From a virus (lineage: Duplodnaviria > Heunggongvirae > Uroviricota > Caudoviricetes), in the IMG/VR virus record IMGVR_UViG_3300045988_180316: 37,769 bases of DNA; one strand, written 5' to 3'. Positions 33,208 through 37,769 of the stretch are shown here, piece by piece. The notes under the pieces are model-generated. The model was not told the origin of the DNA and made no database searches. It saw only the letters and a program-made list of their open reading frames with translations. The translations under genes and the position numbers were made by a program. How positions within the stretch are numbered: position 1 is the stretch's first letter; the number at the start of each line of letters is the position of its first letter.

Positions 33208-33691
33208 TGATTCTTAAGCTTTGAGTGTCACAATGTAGGGTATATCCGCCGAAGAGGTCGGCGAAGACCTGCGGGTCGGTGGTGATGATGGTTGACTCGT
33301 CTCGGCTGCCATAGGTCTGGTTTTGCGAGGTGACGACCGACACGACGTGCTGGTCGTTGCGGAAGAGTGTCACCTTGGAGTGGTTTTGCCCCAGGAACAC
33401 ATCGTCGAAGCAGGTCTGCATCATGCGCCACAGCTGCACGGTCTTCTTGCTCGCCTTGACATCGAGCAGCATCGTTGCCGACAGGATGCTGCCCGACTGG
33501 CGCATCAGGCGGAAGCCACGCAGGAACTCCTCGGAGGTGGAGTAGGAAGACACCCACACATCTGCAGGACCTATCTGGGAGAGAATCCACTTGATGAGAC
33601 CGAGGGTGTGGAGGTGTCGCCCGAAGTAGGCTTGCGTCTGGGCATCGGCGATGGGACGGAGCAGGTCACTGACCTTGACCTTGGTCGGCAT
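33116..33691 (-). CDS. HKD (phospholipase-D superfamily) nuclease-like protein
   Basis: 191 aa. NHSKVTLFRNDQHVVSVVTSQNQT resembles a single HxK...(G/T)SxN motif. The 3' end overlaps the next gene by 92 nt. Confidence 0.4.
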   Translation of the reverse strand: MPTKVKVSDLLRPIADAQTQAYFGRHLHTLGLIKWILSQIGPADVWVSSYSTSEEFLRGFRLMRQSGSILSATMLLDVKASKKTVQLWRMMQTCFDDVFLGQNHSKVTLFRNDQHVVSVVTSQNQTYGSRDESTIITTDPQVFADLFGGYTLHCDTQSLRINGNFSGITQKSARLRGDVDSDIRDVRPFGY

Positions 33692-34409
33692 TGGCGGCTA
33701 GCTTAGCCTTGGCTACACGGTCACGGTCGGCAGTGGTGACCTGGTATGAGTCGTAGGTGAGCATGTCGGCACGATAGCGCTTGTCGAGGTCGGAGAGTAT
33801 CTTGAGAAGCTCGTATCTGTCGCATGGCTCCTGGTGCTCCATCGTCTTGAGCGTCTCGAAGGTGGATTTAATCTGCTTGTATCGCTTGGCGTTGGCATCC
33901 CAGAGAGCGGCAACCTCGGCAGGAAGAAACTCATGGTCGCTGCGCTTGCCCTTGCGGATGACCGCCACGCCATCGCTCTCGGAGGAAGGAAGCTCGGCAT
34001 CATCGGTCGAGCCATCATCGTCGATGGAATCGGCATTTTTTGCGATTTCATTGCCATTTTCGTCGGTTTCATCGGTCTTTTTGGTCGTTTTCTCGGTCGT
34101 ATCGGTCGTTTCTTCGGTCGTTGCCACAGGTACGCCCTCACTGATGATGGCTTGCGCCTCTGGTATGACGATGGCATCCATCTGCTTGACCTCTTCGATG
34201 GTCATGCCATCGAGACGAATCTTCAGGAACTTATTCAGCTCATACTCAATGTTGGAACGATAAGCCTGTGGCTGTCGGGTGGCACGAGCATGGTAGAAGC
34301 GATTGCGGTTGAGACGGAAGAGCATGCCTGCGCCCTTGATGATGTCAGCGTCGCTCTCGTGCTTGGCATTGAGCCACGCCTGTATCTGTTTGGTGAATTG
34401 ATGATCCAT
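33666..34409 (-). CDS. Hypothetical protein with an acidic T/E/D-rich linker
   Basis: 247 aa from ATG 34409 (MDHQFTKQIQAWL...). The track start at 34649 overlaps the upstream gene and its terminator. Confidence 0.6.
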   Translation of the reverse strand: MDHQFTKQIQAWLNAKHESDADIIKGAGMLFRLNRNRFYHARATRQPQAYRSNIEYELNKFLKIRLDGMTIEEVKQMDAIVIPEAQAIISEGVPVATTEETTDTTEKTTKKTDETDENGNEIAKNADSIDDDGSTDDAELPSSESDGVAVIRKGKRSDHEFLPAEVAALWDANAKRYKQIKSTFETLKTMEHQEPCDRYELLKILSDLDKRYRADMLTYDSYQVTTADRDRVAKAKLAANADQGQGQ

Positions 34410-34427
34410 ATATAAGAATGTTTTTGA

Positions 34428-34470
34428 TGAAAAGAACAAAGGTGGCTCAGGCACGAAGCGAGAGCCACCT
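34428..34470 (-). terminator. Rho-independent terminator after the capsid block
   Basis: 9-bp stem AGGTGGCTC (34440-34448) / GAGCCACCT (34462-34470), then UUGUUCUUUU on the minus strand. Confidence 0.6.
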
Positions 34471-34525
34471 AAGCTTTGAAGTTTAAACTGTATGTAGTTA
34501 TGCAAAAATTTGGGCAAATGAACGT

Positions 34526-35122
34526 TTATGCCGCCACCCATACAGAGCCATCGGCACCGCTGATGTCTCCGGACTCTGTCTCGATCTTGCCAGGATAGAA
34601 CGGTGTAGGGCAGAAGTCTGTCGCCTCGGTGTTGACGGTTGTGGTGCAAGCATCGGTCACGCCGCTGCCTGAAGCCTGGCTGACGGTAATCTTAGGAGCG
34701 AAAGCCTCGCAGCCGATGAGACGGGCACGACCCTTGCGGTCTTGCACCATCATGATGAGTTCGTCGTTGATAGCCATGGTAGCGAAGCCACTGATGTCCT
34801 CGTCGGTACCACCGACCACGAACTCGCCCTTGTTGAGGAACGTAGCGGAAGGTGCCTCGCCCTGAGTCTCAGCTGTAAAATTGCTCTTGGCATCGACAAG
34901 GTCTAGGCTGTGCCACTTGGCATCGCTCGCCAATGTGAAGTCGCCCGTATATTGAGCGAGCTTGGCCGGGTCTGTGGTCTTGTCATCAGCTGCTGGCAAT
35001 GTTGGCCAAGTCAGGATCTGACTCTTGAGGATGAAGAATACACGAGGTTTAATGCCTGGGGCTATGCGAGCCCCAGGACATTTTTTGACTGATTTATATA
35101 AATCTTTTGTAGTACAAGCCAT
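34526..35122 (-). CDS. Abundant virion structural protein candidate (decoration or major tail)
   Basis: 198 aa, immediately after the capsid gene and followed by a terminator. No motif was recognised. Confidence 0.45.
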   Translation of the reverse strand: MACTTKDLYKSVKKCPGARIAPGIKPRVFFILKSQILTWPTLPAADDKTTDPAKLAQYTGDFTLASDAKWHSLDLVDAKSNFTAETQGEAPSATFLNKGEFVVGGTDEDISGFATMAINDELIMMVQDRKGRARLIGCEAFAPKITVSQASGSGVTDACTTTVNTEATDFCPTPFYPGKIETESGDISGADGSVWVAA

Positions 35123-35155
35123 AATTTAATCTCCTATATATAATAAGGTGAAACT

Positions 35156-36259
35156 TTACTCCTTGCCCTCATCGTCAGTGTCGCTTGAAGACGTATCCAC
35201 TGGGTCGCCACTGGCAGTGTTGCTTGCAGCCTCTGCGAGCGAAGTCTTCTGGATGAGCGGTGTGGTACCATCGTTGGTGATGACAAGAAGGCGCTCTTTG
35301 TTGATGCTCTCGTACTGGCAGCCGAAGAACTTGGTGGCGATGAAGTCGAGCTTCCAAGGGTGGTACTTCTCCACGCTGATCTTCTCCTCGTCGCTGTTGT
35401 TTGCCTCGTTGACACCCACGAGCATGTTGTTGCGAGTGGTGAGCTGGAAGAATGGCGCATTCTTCTTGTTGACGAGCGGTACCATCTCTACGTTGTCGAA
35501 GCCCTCGATGGTGTTGTGGTTGTAACCTGTATTGTATGGCACATTGCCAAACTTTTTGAGGTAGTTGCGGTTGTAGAGGTTGATGAACGCCTGTGGCACG
35601 TAGAGATAAAGCTTCTCTTCGCCAATCAGCTCTTCGTCAGCCGACTCGCAGATGGCCTGAGCGAAGTCAACGGCGTTGTCGTCGCTGATGGAAGCGTCGC
35701 TGCCCAGAATGTCTGAGACCTTGATGAGGTTGCCGAGTTCGCTAGACAGCTTGGCATTGGTCAACTCTGTCTTGGCGATGGTATCGAAACCATTGAAAAG
35801 GTCTTTTGAACCCTTGCCCTGGTCGTTGCGCACGGCATCGAAGAGGTGGAGGTTGAGGTTTTTGCCCATCTTGAGCGCAAGCAACTGCAGCACCTGAAGG
35901 GTGATAGGCACGTTCTTAAGCGCTTCGCCATTCATGGCGTTGGCACCCCAGATAGTGGAATAAACCGAGTTAGGGGAGAACTTGATGTCAACGTTGCCGA
36001 GGTACACCTGCAGGGTACGAGGTGTAATCTTAACGCCACCATCGCCCACACGGTTCTCGTCGTATGGACCGAGCTCAGCGTTGCCGAGCAACTCGCCCAC
36101 GGTCTCTGAAACTCTGATGCCCGGGCGCAGGGTCATATATTTGAGCGACTGAGCCAAGCCCTTTGTCGGCATCGTAATCAACTGCGAACGGTAAGTTTTC
36201 GCAGTGTTCTGCAGCTGTACATCGACATCTGCAGGCGCAATGAATTTATTATCTGCCAT
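35156..36259 (-). CDS. Major capsid protein (HK97-fold expected)
   Basis: 367 aa, starting 1 nt after the protease/scaffold gene. The size and synteny are typical. Confidence 0.7.
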   Translation of the reverse strand: MADNKFIAPADVDVQLQNTAKTYRSQLITMPTKGLAQSLKYMTLRPGIRVSETVGELLGNAELGPYDENRVGDGGVKITPRTLQVYLGNVDIKFSPNSVYSTIWGANAMNGEALKNVPITLQVLQLLALKMGKNLNLHLFDAVRNDQGKGSKDLFNGFDTIAKTELTNAKLSSELGNLIKVSDILGSDASISDDNAVDFAQAICESADEELIGEEKLYLYVPQAFINLYNRNYLKKFGNVPYNTGYNHNTIEGFDNVEMVPLVNKKNAPFFQLTTRNNMLVGVNEANNSDEEKISVEKYHPWKLDFIATKFFGCQYESINKERLLVITNDGTTPLIQKTSLAEAASNTASGDPVDTSSSDTDDEGKE

Positions 36260-36260
36260 A

Positions 36261-37286
36261 TTATGCGAACTGATTTAAAGCATCCAACACTTGATCTGAG
36301 CAGAAATCCTCGACCTTGGTGTCATCGACAGCAGTGTGCGTGTCGCCACCAGGCTCTCCCTCCAGATCCTTCACTTTATCCTTCAGGTCATCTCTCTCCT
36401 TTTCGAGATTCTTGACCTGAGTCTCTAACTCCTTCTTCTCATCCTTGACCTTCTGAAGCTCTGTGTCTTTGTCGGTCACGGCCTTGGAGTCGGCAGCGAT
36501 CTTATCCTCCAGCTTCTGCATCTGCTCCTGAGAGATGGTGCAGTCTTTGGCTGAATCCTCTGCCTCAATGCCCTCGATGTTGAGGACATTGTTGATGTGA
36601 GTCCATTTTTTAATCATATTAATAATTTTGTTTTGAGATTTATCTTTGCCGAAAATTCGGTCGATGAAGCTTGGCTTTTTATCATACCAGGAGTTGACAA
36701 CCTCAGGGAGCACCGGAAGATTGTTGTACTTGATGAAGTCTTGTGTCTGCTCAGTGATGTCAGCAGGTTTGCCATCCATGGACTCATCGACGAGACCCAG
36801 TTCGATGCACTCATCGACGGTGTGCCACTTTGCCTCGGACATCACCTTGACGATGTCCTCGTGCTTCTTGCCCGAGCGATCGCAGTAAACGTTGGCGATG
36901 ATGTTGTCGATTTTCTGCTGGTTCTCTTGCTGTTTCTGTAGCTGTTCGATGAGCGATCCAATCTGCTCCTCGTTGAGCGCAGACCACACAAACTGCTCGG
37001 TAGAGCACTTGTGTACCAGGAGTAAGCTATATTTGCTCATGCGAATCTTGCTGGCACCCATCGCACAGATGGTGGCAGCAGAGGCAGAGAAGCCAGCCTG
37101 GAAGTCAACGGTCACATCACCATGTGACTTGAACATCTGGCAGATGGCGAGACCTGCGGAGACCTCGCCACCCAAGGAGTCGATGGCAACATCGACGTGC
37201 TTGTCTTTGTTAGCCTTGAGAATGTCGCGGACCATGAGCTTGGTCCACGAGCCAATATATCCTGTGATAGAAATTTGGTACTTCAT
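36261..37286 (-). CDS. ClpP-like (S14) prohead protease fused to a coiled-coil scaffold-like C-terminus
   Basis: 341 aa: ...DSLGGEVSAGLAI...GFSASAATICAMG...LLLVHKCS (Ser/His). The C-terminal heptads read QKLEDKIAADSKAVTDKDTELQKVKDEKKELETQVKNLEKERDDLKDKVKDLE. Confidence 0.8.
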   Translation of the reverse strand: MKYQISITGYIGSWTKLMVRDILKANKDKHVDVAIDSLGGEVSAGLAICQMFKSHGDVTVDFQAGFSASAATICAMGASKIRMSKYSLLLVHKCSTEQFVWSALNEEQIGSLIEQLQKQQENQQKIDNIIANVYCDRSGKKHEDIVKVMSEAKWHTVDECIELGLVDESMDGKPADITEQTQDFIKYNNLPVLPEVVNSWYDKKPSFIDRIFGKDKSQNKIINMIKKWTHINNVLNIEGIEAEDSAKDCTISQEQMQKLEDKIAADSKAVTDKDTELQKVKDEKKELETQVKNLEKERDDLKDKVKDLEGEPGGDTHTAVDDTKVEDFCSDQVLDALNQFA

Positions 37287-37320
37287 ATATCTTTGCGATT
37301 TTTACGGCGCAAAGATATAT
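37287..37320. promoter_or_regulatory. Perfect palindrome carrying the head-operon -7 box
   Basis: TATATCTTTGCG-N10-CGCAAAGATATA. The minus-strand -7 box is plus CAAAGATA at 37310-37317. The left arm ends 1-2 nt from ATG 37286. Confidence 0.5.
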
Positions 37321-37346
37321 AATAATGTATAAGGATAAAAAAACTT

Positions 37347-37766
37347 TTATTGGATGATTTGGAGTGGTTTTATCACGTCAGACCATGTCACGGTATAAGT
37401 GATGAGCGATGAATCTGTGTGCGAGCTTGGCATATTTTCGGTGCGAGTGAGCACCGGGAAGGGACGCTGGTCTCTGCCCAGAAGATAGGCGCACCCATCG
37501 GCGGTAGTCACCTTGTAGGCGAGCGGGTGAACCTCTGAGTCTATCTGCTCGCTCGACTTGAAGGTGAGCTTTGAAGTGAAAATGCGAACCTTGGACTCAA
37601 TTTTGTCAGTGATTTCACAACTCGACGGCGTTTTGCACTTTATCTGCTGGAAGACTGCGCTTGCAGGAATGATGGAAAGATTTTTGGCTGGGAAGATGAC
37701 AGCCTTGAGGTCATCGGCTCTCACGACCTCAATCTTGATGATGTTTTTGATGTATGACATAAGCAT
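37347..37766 (-). CDS. Hypothetical phage protein (the reading frame stays open to the window edge)
   Basis: 139-aa ORF with ATG at 37766 or 37760. The upstream codon is not a stop, so the gene may be truncated by the window. Confidence 0.5.
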   Translation of the reverse strand: MLMSYIKNIIKIEVVRADDLKAVIFPAKNLSIIPASAVFQQIKCKTPSSCEITDKIESKVRIFTSKLTFKSSEQIDSEVHPLAYKVTTADGCAYLLGRDQRPFPVLTRTENMPSSHTDSSLITYTVTWSDVIKPLQIIQ

Positions 37767-37769
37767 GAA

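Larger units (their letters stand above)
300..37769. mobile_element. Integrated temperate tailed phage (prophage), left end at the tRNA, right end beyond the window
   Basis: tRNA 3' end directly followed by an integrase. Terminase, portal, capsid, protease, tape measure, fibres and lysis genes are all present. No second att copy occurs in the window. Confidence 0.85.

Noticed and set aside
1-37769. CRISPR arrays, rRNA, additional tRNAs, IS elements or transposases, and a second att copy of the tRNA 3' end.
   Set aside because: None was recognisable by eye. The regularly spaced repeats found are promoter/terminator junctions, the TR/VR pair and the leader elements described above. A computational scan would be needed to exclude small tRNA-like elements.

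Overview
This window holds about 37.5 kb of a temperate tailed prophage, truncated at the right edge. It sits immediately 3' of an initiator-like tRNA-Met(CAT) at 224-299. Recurrent TAnnTTTG -7 boxes, several with a TTTG -33 box 19-20 nt upstream, point to a Bacteroidota host (Bacteroides/Prevotella-like); that host call is inference. A tyrosine integrase lies on the + strand (416-1579). About 45 tightly packed genes follow on the - strand. Read 5'->3' on the - strand they are: unknown gene, ClpP-like prohead protease/scaffold, major capsid, structural genes, a packaging operon (HKD/PLD-like protein, small HTH protein, putative small terminase, large terminase), a 0.8-kb non-coding region, an accessory island (PRTase + RadC/JAB, HicA/HicB, secreted protein), a structured 0.27-kb leader, small genes, putative portal, head/tail genes, a 1159-aa fibre protein, fibre shaft proteins, a diversity-generating retroelement (DGR), a lysis cassette (holin, amidase, spanin-like), low-GC morons, and a 1448-aa tape measure plus a 632-aa tail protein. 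The strongest signal is the DGR. It comprises a C-type-lectin-fold target gene with its VR, a 121-bp TR showing 14 adenine-specific differences, and an atypically large RT. No Avd gene is present, and the RT catalytic motif reads FMDN instead of YxDD. Other leads follow.
- A PRTase-RadC operon that may be a defence or anti-defence module.
- A non-coding region with nine same-strand GGAAAA motifs.
- A leader RNA carrying a triplicated 14-16-nt element, a nested 12-bp helix and an internal terminator.
- A 33-aa hydrophobic peptide gene on the + strand, absent from the ORF track, with a textbook promoter.
- An HKD-nuclease-like gene inside the packaging operon.
All functional calls come from motif recognition by eye. 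No database search or RNA folding was run.
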